Below, piece after piece: positions 25,905 to 34,978 of a stretch of DNA of 64,000 nucleotides. A program made the translations under genes and the position numbers. Source of the DNA: Kiritimatiellia bacterium (GTDB lineage Bacteria > Verrucomicrobiota > Kiritimatiellia > RFP12 > UBA1067); contig JAILJX010000099.1 of the NCBI GenBank assembly GCA_024694365.1, forward strand, positions 6,250 to 70,249, in the 5' to 3' direction. Numbering within the stretch: the stretch's first letter is position 1; every line of letters begins with the position of its first letter. Under the pieces are notes generated by a model. It ran no database searches. It had not been told where the DNA came from and saw only the letters and a program-made list of their open reading frames with translations.

Positions 25905-26582
25905 TCAAGCCTCCACTTCTCTCTTAGGCAGGTCCTTGAATATCTTGTTCATCAAGTTCGACTTCGGGAAAACTATTACCCAAGCAGTGAGGAAGATTAG
26001 CCAACAATCCGTCCAGATGTTATAGTGCTGCTGGTACCACATCTCCAGCGCTCCCTTGTAAGGCGAAACATGCTTCGCATATGCTTCGTCGATGTTCATC
26101 CCCTTCGCGACCAGCTCGGTAAGGAGAGTCTCTTCATCACGGAATACCACCGAGCCGATTCCTGTGAGCCCTGGCTTCACATTGTATATAGTCGCCTTCA
26201 CCTCATCAGAATATGGCGCGAAAGTCTTGTTTACGAGAGGCCTCGGCCCGACTATCGACATGTCGCCCAAAAAGATATTGAACAGCTGCGGCAGCTCGTT
26301 TATCTTCGTCTTCCTCAAGAACTTTCCGAAAGGCAAAACTCGCGGATCGTTATGCGTCGTATGGAGTCCGCCTTTCATATTGGGCGAGTTAAGGAGCATC
26401 GTCGCAAACTTCAGTATTTTGAAGTGCTTGTTCTTGTAACCGATTCTATCCTGCCCGTAGAATATGTAGTGCTCGCCGGTGCACTTGAGGATAATCATCA
26501 CCGGCACAAGAAGCGGAGAAAGCAAGATGATTGCTATCCCGCTTAAAACAATATCGAAAAAGCGCTTTACGAACTTATACAT
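25905..26582 (-). CDS. undecaprenyl-phosphate sugar phosphotransferase (small PglC/WbaP-C-terminal type, initiating enzyme)
   Basis: KRFFDIVLSGIAIILLSPLL...KFATM...DPRVLPFGKFLRKTKINELPQLFNIFLGDMSIVGPRPL is the bacterial sugar transferase signature. ATG 26582 (MYKFVKR) overlaps the upstream stop by 8 nt. Confidence 0.9.
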   Translation of the reverse strand: MYKFVKRFFDIVLSGIAIILLSPLLVPVMIILKCTGEHYIFYGQDRIGYKNKHFKILKFATMLLNSPNMKGGLHTTHNDPRVLPFGKFLRKTKINELPQLFNIFLGDMSIVGPRPLVNKTFAPYSDEVKATIYNVKPGLTGIGSVVFRDEETLLTELVAKGMNIDEAYAKHVSPYKGALEMWYQQHYNIWTDCWLIFLTAWVIVFPKSNLMNKIFKDLPKREVEA

Positions 26583-27501
26583 ATTTCGCCTCCTTAGTTG
26601 CATAGTAATACCGCCAACTCTCCTCCTGCCTCTCAGCCCTCACAAACTCCTTGAGTGTAGCCCTAAGGCCATCTTCTGCCCTTATCGGCATCGCGCTCCA
26701 CCCGAGTTCAGCCTTAACGGCCGAATTGTCGGCTACGCTGTCTTCAGTGAGCTTGCCGAGCCTCTCTTTATTTAGCGGCAGATGAATCACCGAGCCGATT
26801 GCCGCCACAGTCGTCATCATCCACTTCGGGACTCTCCAAAGCCTAGGCTTCGTCTCATAGGCTTCGGCGATAAGCTCGATCAATCGGTTTGTGCCAACCA
26901 GCTCGTCATCGCAGATCGGATATATGCCATTCTTCCCGCGCTCAGCGAGAGCCTCCACCGCTGCGCAGATATTGCCAATCGATGTGAAGCTGCGCTTATT
27001 CTCGAACTTTGCGAGCGGCCAAGGAATCCCCTTTTTGACGACCTTCGTGAGCAAGTTGAGGTTGCCCTTGTTGCCGGGCCCATGAATCATCGCAGGCTCG
27101 AGGACAATCGCCCTTCCGTCCAGCCACTTCTCCGCTTCGCGCTTGGATTGGGCGTAAGGCGTATCGCCGTCGAGCGCCTTGATAGAGCTGAAGTAGATGA
27201 AGCGCTTCGCCTTCTTCTCGGTGGCGGTGAAGATCTTCTGGGTGAGGCCGACGTTTATCTCGAAGTAGCTCTCGGGCTTGCTGACTTTCTTGAGGTCGTG
27301 CGCCTTGCCGGCGAGATGGACTACGGCGTCCACTTCGGGGAGTGAGTCGAGCTGGTCCCAAGAGTAGAAGGAGTTGTAGGGGACGCCCTCGCGCTTGGCG
27401 GCGGGCAAGTCGAGCGCAATGCACTCATGGCCCTTCTCGGTCAAGTATTTGCAGAGATTCGTCCCCACAAACCCATACGCACCTGTAATCAAAAACTTCA
27501 T
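26575..27501 (-). CDS. NAD-dependent epimerase/dehydratase (SDR)
   Basis: MKFLITGAYGFVGTNLCKYL Rossmann motif, 308 aa. Confidence 0.85.
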   Translation of the reverse strand: MKFLITGAYGFVGTNLCKYLTEKGHECIALDLPAAKREGVPYNSFYSWDQLDSLPEVDAVVHLAGKAHDLKKVSKPESYFEINVGLTQKIFTATEKKAKRFIYFSSIKALDGDTPYAQSKREAEKWLDGRAIVLEPAMIHGPGNKGNLNLLTKVVKKGIPWPLAKFENKRSFTSIGNICAAVEALAERGKNGIYPICDDELVGTNRLIELIAEAYETKPRLWRVPKWMMTTVAAIGSVIHLPLNKERLGKLTEDSVADNSAVKAELGWSAMPIRAEDGLRATLKEFVRAERQEESWRYYYATKEAKYV

Positions 27502-27502
27502 G

Positions 27503-28807
27503 TTACATCCTCGAGTCGAGGCCTTTGCCTTTCTCTATATGATGGAAGTTCGGCAGATACTCGCCCAACACCTCCACCACCTCTGCCTTCGTCGAGCCGG
27601 CGTTGTCGAAGACCGCATGCAGCCTCTTGAATATCCCTTCGACTTCCTCCACGCTCCTCTTCTTCGAATTCTTCACCACTCCCAAATTCACGAACTTCGT
27701 CTCGTCCTTCTCATCCGTCGCAGTATAGAACTCCTCGAAACTCTTCTCACCGCTCGTATCGCTCCCGAAGAATTCGCACGGATACCCTTTTTCGTGTCTT
27801 TCGTGTATTTCGTGGTTATATTCCTCCATCGCCTCCTTCGCCTCATCCGAGCTCTTGCACTCCCAGCATCCGAGTCCCATGTCCGCGAGCATATCCTTGA
27901 CGACAGCGTCGAACGGAATCATATCCTTGTTCTCATCTAGCTTCGGATAGACTATATCGCCAGAATCCGCGAGAACCGAAGCTGCGAGGCAGAGTTCGCC
28001 CGACTCTATCGGGCTTACGAAGAAGCGCCTGATCCCGAGCGGACAGCTCAGCGGCTGATGCTTCGCTATCCTGTTGAGCCACCCGATCGGCAGCGAGCCG
28101 TTCGAAAACGCGACATTCGCGAAGCGCGCAGTCTTGATGGGGAGCATATCGGAATACGCCATGATGGTCTCCTCCATCAGCTTCTTCGTCGCGCCCATTA
28201 CATTCACCGGATTCGCTGCCTTGTCTGTCGACACGCAGAAGAACGCTTCAGGCGGATTCTTGACGAGTATATCGAGTAGCTTCTTCGCCATGAACACATT
28301 CGTCTCGCACATCGCCTCGATCGAGTGGACATCGCGCTCGGCTCTCACATGCTTCCTCGCCGCGAAGTTGGCGACTATGTCGAATGGCCCATGCGCCGCA
28401 AAGAATTTCTCAAACAGCCTGCTCCCCAAATCTATCGGTTCAGTGATGTATTCAGCCGGCACATAGAACCCACCTCCCCCTACACCCTCTCCATCCTCTT
28501 CTCCCTTTTCGTGTATTTCGTGTGTTTCGTGGTTCAATCTCTCCCCCGCCCTAAGCTCCCTCGTAAGCTCCGTGAGCGAATTCTCGTCAATATCCACCAC
28601 ATACATCGCCGCGGGCCTGAAATTCCTCAGCGCCGCCTTCACATAGTTCGACCCTATCGTCCCCGCTCCGCCGATGACGAGCATCCGCTTCCCGTCGATC
28701 CTAGCATGCATCTCAGCCGAATACTTCTCAAAATCGGCCTTGAGAAGCGACTCTGGGCGCTTCGTCATATACTTGCGGACGAACTTCTCTATATCGAATG
28801 TAATCAT
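27503..28807 (-). CDS. CapD/PglF-like nucleotide-sugar 4,6-dehydratase (Polysacc_synt_2 type, soluble) with two repeat-derived inserts
   Basis: MLVIGGAGTIGSNYV and FFCVSTDKAANPVNVMGATKKLMEE signatures. It contains unusual segments LNHETHEIHEKGEEDGEGVGGGG and EEYNHEIHERHEKG, encoded by the 9-mer repeat element. Confidence 0.85.
   Translation of the reverse strand: MITFDIEKFVRKYMTKRPESLLKADFEKYSAEMHARIDGKRMLVIGGAGTIGSNYVKAALRNFRPAAMYVVDIDENSLTELTRELRAGERLNHETHEIHEKGEEDGEGVGGGGFYVPAEYITEPIDLGSRLFEKFFAAHGPFDIVANFAARKHVRAERDVHSIEAMCETNVFMAKKLLDILVKNPPEAFFCVSTDKAANPVNVMGATKKLMEETIMAYSDMLPIKTARFANVAFSNGSLPIGWLNRIAKHQPLSCPLGIRRFFVSPIESGELCLAASVLADSGDIVYPKLDENKDMIPFDAVVKDMLADMGLGCWECKSSDEAKEAMEEYNHEIHERHEKGYPCEFFGSDTSGEKSFEEFYTATDEKDETKFVNLGVVKNSKKRSVEEVEGIFKRLHAVFDNAGSTKAEVVEVLGEYLPNFHHIEKGKGLDSRM
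27788..27814. repeat. triple 9-mer element, copy a (tttttcgtg tctttcgtg tatttcgtg)
   Basis: Read directly from the sequence. On the coding strand it gives NHEIHERHEKG inside the CapD-like ORF. Confidence 0.85.
28505..28531. repeat. triple 9-mer element, copy b (cttttcgtg tatttcgtg tgtttcgtg)
   Basis: Read directly from the sequence. On the coding strand it gives NHETHEIHEKG inside the same CapD-like ORF, followed by a G-rich low-complexity stretch. Confidence 0.85.
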
Positions 28808-30000
28808 TTGACCAGCTCCTCCATTAGTTTCACATACATGCCTGTAACCTTGCCTCTGGAATAGTTGTCTCTGACGTACGCATACCCGCGCTCCGCCATA
28901 GCCTTCAAATCAGCCTTCCTCATATCCTCTATCACTTCCGGAAGCGTCTCGGCGCTCGCCATCCTTCCGCCTCCGCTGTCCTTTATGAATCTCGCCAGAT
29001 CGCCATCCATAGGCGCAATGATGACGAGCGGCTTCCTGTTTCCGAGGATTCTGTATATCTTGCTTGGAATGCCGTCACTCGCCGCCTTTTCGTCCTGGCC
29101 GACATACAGGACGTCGCTCTCCGCATAGATTGAAGGCATTTCGCTTATCGGCCTGTATCCGCGGAACTCCACATTGTCCAACCCATCCGCGAGTTCCTGA
29201 AGCCGCTTCCTGTCGCCTCCATCGCCGACGAACAGCACCTTCACTCCGCTCCCGAGCTTCCTCGCCATGTCGACGAGCGGCCCGAGATTCTGTGGAACCC
29301 CCATATTCCCTGCATATGTAACGGTAAACGCCTTATGTGGCGCCAAAGGCTCAACCTTCTCCTCATCCTCGCCAAACTCCACGTAATTGGGTATGAGCCT
29401 CACCTTTGCCGGATCTGTTCTCCCCAGTATCTTGTCCCTCATTCCGTCCGTAATCGTAGTCACGGCGTCTGACTTCCTGTAGATGAACTTCTCGAGCCAC
29501 TTGAAGAACGCGATTATCCTCTTGTTCTTCATGTACCCCAGGTTGATTGCTATATCGGGATATACCTCCTGCACATTGAAGACCACCTTGCAGCGCTTTA
29601 TGGCCTTCACCGCCCAAGCGCTCAGCCCTATCGTCATAGGAGGCGTGCAGGCTATCAGCGCATCGATCCTCCCGAACGACCAGCAGACGAGCGTGCTGAC
29701 GATATGGAACCATATCCAGCTCAATAGCCTCAGAGGCGGCCATATGCTCTTGTCGGGCATCGGCACATGATATACCCTAACGCCCCTGTAGTCGCTCTTC
29801 TTGAGGAACGGCCAAATAAACCATTGTATCGGCTGGCTCGCCTCCATGCTCGGATCGCGATGGAAATGCGGCGTAGTCGTTACCACGCTGACTTCATCCC
29901 CGGCCTTCTTCAAATCCTCGGAGAGCCCCGCCATTATCTGCGCCGTGCTGACATTGTCCGGCGAGAATATGAGGCTGAGTATGACGACGCGTCTGCTCAT
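28804..30000 (-). CDS. wbuB: glycosyltransferase family 4, WbuB-like (L-FucNAc transferase type)
   Basis: MSRRVVILSLIFSPDNVSTAQIMAGLSEDLKKAGDEVSVVTTTPHFHRD is the typical WbuB-type N-terminus. It lies immediately downstream of the fnl genes. Confidence 0.7.
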   Translation of the reverse strand: MSRRVVILSLIFSPDNVSTAQIMAGLSEDLKKAGDEVSVVTTTPHFHRDPSMEASQPIQWFIWPFLKKSDYRGVRVYHVPMPDKSIWPPLRLLSWIWFHIVSTLVCWSFGRIDALIACTPPMTIGLSAWAVKAIKRCKVVFNVQEVYPDIAINLGYMKNKRIIAFFKWLEKFIYRKSDAVTTITDGMRDKILGRTDPAKVRLIPNYVEFGEDEEKVEPLAPHKAFTVTYAGNMGVPQNLGPLVDMARKLGSGVKVLFVGDGGDRKRLQELADGLDNVEFRGYRPISEMPSIYAESDVLYVGQDEKAASDGIPSKIYRILGNRKPLVIIAPMDGDLARFIKDSGGGRMASAETLPEVIEDMRKADLKAMAERGYAYVRDNYSRGKVTGMYVKLMEELVK

Positions 30001-30013
30001 TTGTTTTCCTGTT

Positions 30014-31141
30014 TTATACTTCCAGCCTGAAGGTGTCAGGCTTCGCGGGATCGAACACTTCGTTCGCCCACATCAGCGTCACCATATCAGTATCGCCGAC
30101 GTTCACTATATTGTGCGTATAGCCCGGCGGAATCCTCACAACCTCGAGCTTCTCTCCGCTCACCTTGTAGGAGATGATTTTCCCCTCCGGATCGTCCGCC
30201 ATCCTGAAGTTTATCTCACCCTTGCCGCTCACCACGAGGAACTTCTCATGCTTCGTATGGTGCCAATGCTGCCCCTTGGCTATTCCGGGCTTCGATACGT
30301 TTACGCTCACCTGCCCGCGCTCAGGCGAATGCAAAGCCTCCGTGAAGCTTCCCCTGTTATCGCAATGCATCGTCAAGGGATAGGCGAACTTGTCCTCAGG
30401 AAGCGCCGCGAGATATGTGGAGTAGAGTTTCTTCGTGAAGCCGTCTCTCTGGTCGGGGACCATCAAGTCCTCCGGCTCTTTGACGAACGTCTCTATCGTA
30501 TCCACAATCTCGCCGAGAGTCTTCCTGTATTCCGGCTCTACCGACAATATCTCCCCTTGTGCACTTTGTGTCCTTTGTGGCTCACTCTCACCCATGCACC
30601 CCACAAAGCTCTCCACCACATCATCGATGTACACGAGCCTCACTTCCGCAGCCCTGTCGCGAACCATTATATCCAGCCCGTGAGCCCTGTTGTAGCACCA
30701 GGTCGCGACTGCGCTGTTGTAGTTCGGCCTCGCCCACTTCCCGAAGACATTGGCGAGGCGGTATACGTACACCCTCGCGCCAGTCTTCTCGCCATATGCC
30801 CTAACCGCCTCTTCTGCGGCGAGCTTGCTCTTCCCGTAATCATTGTCGAGAGCTGCCTGGATGCTGGAGCTCAAGAGCACTGGCGGAGGATTAGCTCTCG
30901 AAGCGAGCTTCTCTAGTATATCCTCGGTGAAGACGGTATTCCCCGTCTTGAACTCCGATGGATCCTTCGGACGGTTCACTCCCGCCAAATGCATGACGAA
31001 GTCGCACTCCTCCGCAAAGCCATCCAGCTTCGCCTCGTCCCCAAGGTCGTACTTGAGTACCTCGACATCGGGCATCTGCTGGAGCGTCAGGCAAAGATTG
31101 CGCCCGACAAACCCCTTGGCTCCTGTAACGAGAACTTTCAT
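30014..31141 (-). CDS. fnlB: CapF/FnlB-like bifunctional reductase/epimerase (SDR plus C-terminal cupin) of UDP-L-FucNAc synthesis
   Basis: MKVLVTGAKGFVGRNL..., YGKSKLAAEE, and a C-terminal cupin (GQHWHHTKHEKFLVVSGKG...PPGYTHNIVNVG). ATG 31141 overlaps the fnlC stop (ATGA). The linker carries repeat copy e (ESEPQRTQSAQGE). Confidence 0.8.
   Translation of the reverse strand: MKVLVTGAKGFVGRNLCLTLQQMPDVEVLKYDLGDEAKLDGFAEECDFVMHLAGVNRPKDPSEFKTGNTVFTEDILEKLASRANPPPVLLSSSIQAALDNDYGKSKLAAEEAVRAYGEKTGARVYVYRLANVFGKWARPNYNSAVATWCYNRAHGLDIMVRDRAAEVRLVYIDDVVESFVGCMGESEPQRTQSAQGEILSVEPEYRKTLGEIVDTIETFVKEPEDLMVPDQRDGFTKKLYSTYLAALPEDKFAYPLTMHCDNRGSFTEALHSPERGQVSVNVSKPGIAKGQHWHHTKHEKFLVVSGKGEINFRMADDPEGKIISYKVSGEKLEVVRIPPGYTHNIVNVGDTDMVTLMWANEVFDPAKPDTFRLEV
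30556..30579. repeat. triple 9-mer element, diverged copy e (cttgtg cactttgtg tcctttgtg)
   Basis: Same architecture and flanks (ctcccc ... gctcactctc) but with TTTGTG instead of TTTCGTG. Read in a different phase (PQRTQSAQG). Confidence 0.6.
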
Positions 31142-32262
31142 TCTCCCCAAACCCTTCTCTTGATATAGTCCGTATACGATATGATGATCTTCACCACCTT
31201 CTCGCCCACATTCGGCATCGAATAGTCGGCGACCTTCCTCACAGGCCCGCATACATCGAGCTGCTTCAAGCCCTGCATTATCCGCTCGAAGTGGAGACCT
31301 ACCATCATCACCGCCGCCTCCTCCATAGCCTCGGGCCTCTCATGCGCCTCGCGCAGATTAAGCGCCTTGAAGCCGAGAATGCTCGACTCCTCGCTTATCG
31401 TCCCCGAATCGCTCAAAACCGCCTTCGCGTTGAGCTGCAGCGCCAGATACTCCGTAAGCCCCATCGGCTTCATCAGCTTGATGCGCGGATTGAGAATCAC
31501 CTTCGTCTTCTCGATCATCTTCCTAGTGCGAGGATGGGTCGAGACGATAACGGGAAGCTTATAGTCGCTCGCTATAGTGTTGAGCGAGTCGATAAGCATC
31601 TCGAAGTGCCTCGGGTCGGCGATGTTCTCCTCGCGATGTGCGCTCACCACGAAATACTTGCCCTTCACCACCTTGTTCGCCTTGAGAACCTTGGGCGTAT
31701 TCTTCTTCACCTTCGGCATCTGCTCGGCGAGGACTTCAAACATCGGCGAGCCTGTCTTGATGACCTGATCCGGCGGAAGCCCTTCGCTCAGCAGATACTC
31801 TCTCGCTATGTCGCTGTAGCAGAGGTTGATGTCGCTTATATGGTCGACTATCTTCCTGTTCGACTCCTCTGGCACCCTCTGGTCGAAGCAGCGGTTACCC
31901 GCCTCCATATGGAAGATCGGTATGTGGCGCTTCTTCGCCGCGATTGCGCAAAGACAGCTGTTGGTGTCGCCTAGGACGAGAAACGCCTGGGGCTTCACCT
32001 TCTCGAGGACCGGATCGATCGCTTCGAGAATCTTTCCCGCAGTCTCCGTTGCATTCTTCCCCGCTGCGTTGAGGAAGTAATCAGGTTTCCTGAGCCCCAA
32101 ATCCTCGAAGAACACCTCATTGAGCTCATAGTCGTAATTCTGGCCCGTATGCACGAGCGTATGCTCTATCGCCGGGCTCGCCTCGAGATGCTTCAATACG
32201 CACGCAAGCCTGATTATCTCAGGGCGTGTACCAACTACAGTCATTACTCTAAGTTTAGTCAT
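31138..32262 (-). CDS. fnlC: UDP-N-acetylglucosamine 2-epimerase (non-hydrolysing), FnlC/CapG type
   Basis: MTVVGTRPEIIRLACVLKHLE...HTGQNYDYELNEVFFEDLGLRKPDYFL... is the classic WecB/CapG signature. Confidence 0.9.
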   Translation of the reverse strand: MTKLRVMTVVGTRPEIIRLACVLKHLEASPAIEHTLVHTGQNYDYELNEVFFEDLGLRKPDYFLNAAGKNATETAGKILEAIDPVLEKVKPQAFLVLGDTNSCLCAIAAKKRHIPIFHMEAGNRCFDQRVPEESNRKIVDHISDINLCYSDIAREYLLSEGLPPDQVIKTGSPMFEVLAEQMPKVKKNTPKVLKANKVVKGKYFVVSAHREENIADPRHFEMLIDSLNTIASDYKLPVIVSTHPRTRKMIEKTKVILNPRIKLMKPMGLTEYLALQLNAKAVLSDSGTISEESSILGFKALNLREAHERPEAMEEAAVMMVGLHFERIMQGLKQLDVCGPVRKVADYSMPNVGEKVVKIIISYTDYIKRRVWGE

Positions 32263-32705
32263 ATCGACCTCCTGAAATCATCATCTTTGTATTCCCCGAC
32301 CCTGCAGTCGGAAAAAACCATAACTTCCGCCTCTCCATCCTGCTTGATGCAGAACCAGTTCCAAGGCTTGACCAGCAGCACTTCCGGCCTCTCGGCATCC
32401 AGCTCGAACGGCCTTTTGTGTATTTCGTGTGCTTCGTAGTTCATATCCATCGGCTCTATCTCGATAACCGTCTTGCCTTTTAACGGGAAGAACCACTTGC
32501 GCTCTCTCTTATGCCCTATCCATCCTCTTACCGGCGCGTCTTTGCTGTTCGCAATCGTATAGAACCGCTTAACGGCAGTCATATCGAAGTCATTGCAGAA
32601 GCGAAGCTTTCCCCTCGCATCCTCATGCTTCCCCCCTTCTATCAGCCGTTCATCCATACCATTCTCCCCTTCCGTGTCTTTCGTGTATTCCGTGGTTACT
32701 TCCAA
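32259..32705 (-). CDS. WxcM/FdtA-like cupin (sugar 3,4-ketoisomerase-like)
   Basis: HEDARGKLRFCNDFDMTAVKRFYTIANSKDAPVRGWIGHKRERKWFFPLKGK pattern. The true start may be ATG 32657 (MDERL). It contains repeat copy c, and copy d sits at or before its 5' end. Confidence 0.7.
   Translation of the reverse strand: MEVTTEYTKDTEGENGMDERLIEGGKHEDARGKLRFCNDFDMTAVKRFYTIANSKDAPVRGWIGHKRERKWFFPLKGKTVIEIEPMDMNYEAHEIHKRPFELDAERPEVLLVKPWNWFCIKQDGEAEVMVFSDCRVGEYKDDDFRRSI
32413..32438. repeat. triple 9-mer element, copy c (cttttgtg tatttcgtg tgcttcgta)
   Basis: Read directly from the sequence. It encodes NYEAHEIHKRP inside the cupin ORF. Confidence 0.8.
32669..32694. repeat. triple 9-mer element, copy d (cttccgtg tctttcgtg tattccgtg)
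   Basis: Read directly from the sequence. It lies in the N-terminal extension of the cupin ORF, in a different phase (TTEYTKDTEGE), or in the 5' UTR if the start is 32657. Confidence 0.8.
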
Positions 32706-32744
32706 TCACACTCCCATTCTGCACGATCTACACGTTCTGCGCGG

Positions 32745-33782
32745 TTATATCCCGAACTCATCATGTATCATCGGCAGTTTCAGCAGGAGCTTCTTCATTC
32801 CTTCCACATCCAGCCTAGTCGTGTTATGCGAATGGTAAGTATCGAGCGTCGGCGCAATCTCCTTGCCCTCGACGAAATACTTGTCATAATTCAAATCTCT
32901 GCTGTCGGCGGGTACCCTGAAGTAATTCCCCATGTCTATCGCCTTCGCCATATCCTCGCGCCCCACGAGAGTCTCGTAAAGCTTCTCGCCATGGCGCGTT
33001 CCGATAACCTTGATCTCCGTCTTCTCCGCCTTATCGCGAAGCTTCGTCCCCTCCTTCGCCAAAGCGATGACCGCCTCGGCAAGCGTCTGAATCGTCGCCG
33101 CAGGAGCCTTCTGCACGAAGAGGTCGCCATTCTCGCCATGCTCCCAGGCGAAGAGCACCAGGTCCACAGCATCCTCCAGCGTCATCATGAATCGCGTCAT
33201 ATTGGGATCGGTGACAGTAATCGGCTTCCCGGCCTTGATCTGGTCGATGAAGAGCGGTATCACGCTTCCACGGCTCGCCATCACATTCCCGTATCTGGTG
33301 CAGCAGATTGTGGTCTTGGCGCCCTTCCCAAGCGACCGGCCCTTTGCGACTGCGACCTTCTCCATGATTGCCTTGCTCATCCCCATCGCGTTGATGGGAT
33401 ACGCCGCTTTGTCTGTGGAGAGGACGACTACATTCTTGACCCCGTGAGCAATCGCGCTGTTGAGAACATTGTCCGTCCCGACAACATTCGTGTACACCGC
33501 CTGCATCGGGAAGAACTCGCAGCTCGGCACCTGCTTCAACGCCGCCGCGCTGAAGATGTAATCTACTCCCGGCATCACTCCATCGACGCTCTGCCTATCG
33601 CGCACATCGCCGATATAGAATTTCACCTTCGGATTCTGCAGCTCGTGCCGCATATCATCCTGTTTTTTTTCATCACGGGAAAACACACGAATCTCTTTAA
33701 AGTCATCAATAAAACGGTTCAAGACCGCATGCCCAAACGAGCCCGTGCCTCCCGTAATCAACAATGTCTTATCGCTGTTCAT
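32745..33782 (-). CDS. fnlA: UDP-GlcNAc 4,6-dehydratase/5-epimerase FnlA/CapE
   Basis: LLITGGTGSFGHAVLNRF...RVFSRDEKKQ...FYIGDVRD...AAALKQVPSCEFFPMQAVYTNVVGTDNVL...VLSTDKAAYPINAMGMSKAIMEK. Confidence 0.9.
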   Translation of the reverse strand: MNSDKTLLITGGTGSFGHAVLNRFIDDFKEIRVFSRDEKKQDDMRHELQNPKVKFYIGDVRDRQSVDGVMPGVDYIFSAAALKQVPSCEFFPMQAVYTNVVGTDNVLNSAIAHGVKNVVVLSTDKAAYPINAMGMSKAIMEKVAVAKGRSLGKGAKTTICCTRYGNVMASRGSVIPLFIDQIKAGKPITVTDPNMTRFMMTLEDAVDLVLFAWEHGENGDLFVQKAPAATIQTLAEAVIALAKEGTKLRDKAEKTEIKVIGTRHGEKLYETLVGREDMAKAIDMGNYFRVPADSRDLNYDKYFVEGKEIAPTLDTYHSHNTTRLDVEGMKKLLLKLPMIHDEFGI

Positions 33783-33797
33783 ATCTTCTCCTATCTG

Positions 33798-34964
33798 CTA
33801 TCTTCTTTGCTGATGTTTAGAATTATCGCCCCCCGACAGTATCTCCTCATACCCACGTATCATACTTGTCACAACCGCATCCCATGTGTAATTTTGGAGT
33901 ATAACATTTCGCCCGCGCAGTCCCATCTCTTTGCGCTCATCATCCGACGCCTCTAATGCTTCCTTCATAGCTGCAACCAACGATTTAAGATCTATGTCTA
34001 TCCACCAGCCACATTTACATTCGTTTAAAACAGCCCATGGCGCTCCTTTAGTTGTGATCACAGGCACGCCGGCAAACAGAGCTTCTGCGACAACTATTCC
34101 AAAATTTTCACTATATGTCGGTAAAACAAATACATCAGACCGTGCGTACGCACCCCATTTCTCAGAATCACTCAATGGCCCTGTAAATATGAACACTTCC
34201 TCAAGTCCATACTCAGCAACCCGTTGTCGTACTAATTTTTCATATGATCGCTCTATCGCACCTGTAACCGTATACACCAACTCGCAGCACCAATTATCAA
34301 TCGCCTTAAGGTCGTGAATTTGCTTCAACCGTGACCAGGCGTCTACTAATTCAAGTACTCCTTTTTTAGGATGCATCCGACTCATAAAGAGGACTCTTTT
34401 CTTTCCTCTGGATGTTTCATCGAAAAGTTTTCCAAGGACATCTGCATTGGGAAGATTGACGCCATTAGGACTTTCTATTAATTTATTTGTGAATCCTAAA
34501 CGTCTCAATTGCCTTGCTTCACTTTTTGCCGTAACATGCAAAGCCGACGCTAGTCGAATATCTTTATCCTGATAAAGCAACCTGGCAATTTTTTTCTTAA
34601 GCCACTTCTGCCGCAGAGACCAGGGCTCCATAGCCCCCCTTGGTGCAACCACATAAGGTATCCCATTCGAACGAGCAATAGAATTGCAAATATGCAATTT
34701 GGGCATCCACAAATCATGCGTATGGATAATGTCTGGTGCAACATTTTCAATAATACCGCTAACCAATTTACGGTAGTCGTGTATTGAGCCACTTAAGTTA
34801 AAGATATGCCGAACATCTTCCAGCCCAGTAGTTTCACAGTGCTCTAAGGTAACTAGTGAAGAATCAACGCCTGATGACTGCAAGGCCCTCACTAAGCCCA
34901 ATACGCTCCTAGCGGGCCCTCCGTAACCAGGAGACAATGTCTTAACAACATGTATGACTTTCAT
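33798..34964 (-). CDS. glycosyltransferase family 4
   Basis: MKVIHVVKTLSPGYGGPARSV..., FVLPTYSENFGIVVAEALFAGVPVITTKGAPW. An AT-richer segment starts here. Confidence 0.85.
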   Translation of the reverse strand: MKVIHVVKTLSPGYGGPARSVLGLVRALQSSGVDSSLVTLEHCETTGLEDVRHIFNLSGSIHDYRKLVSGIIENVAPDIIHTHDLWMPKLHICNSIARSNGIPYVVAPRGAMEPWSLRQKWLKKKIARLLYQDKDIRLASALHVTAKSEARQLRRLGFTNKLIESPNGVNLPNADVLGKLFDETSRGKKRVLFMSRMHPKKGVLELVDAWSRLKQIHDLKAIDNWCCELVYTVTGAIERSYEKLVRQRVAEYGLEEVFIFTGPLSDSEKWGAYARSDVFVLPTYSENFGIVVAEALFAGVPVITTKGAPWAVLNECKCGWWIDIDLKSLVAAMKEALEASDDERKEMGLRGRNVILQNYTWDAVVTSMIRGYEEILSGGDNSKHQQRR

Positions 34965-34978
34965 TGCAGTTATCGTGA

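Noticed and set aside
27503-32705. Reading the His/Glu-rich inserts (HEIHERHEKG and similar) as a functional metal-binding peptide motif
   Set aside because: The same DNA element is translated in two other phases elsewhere (TEYTKDTEGE, PQRTQSAQGE). The conserved entity is therefore the DNA, not a His-Glu peptide.
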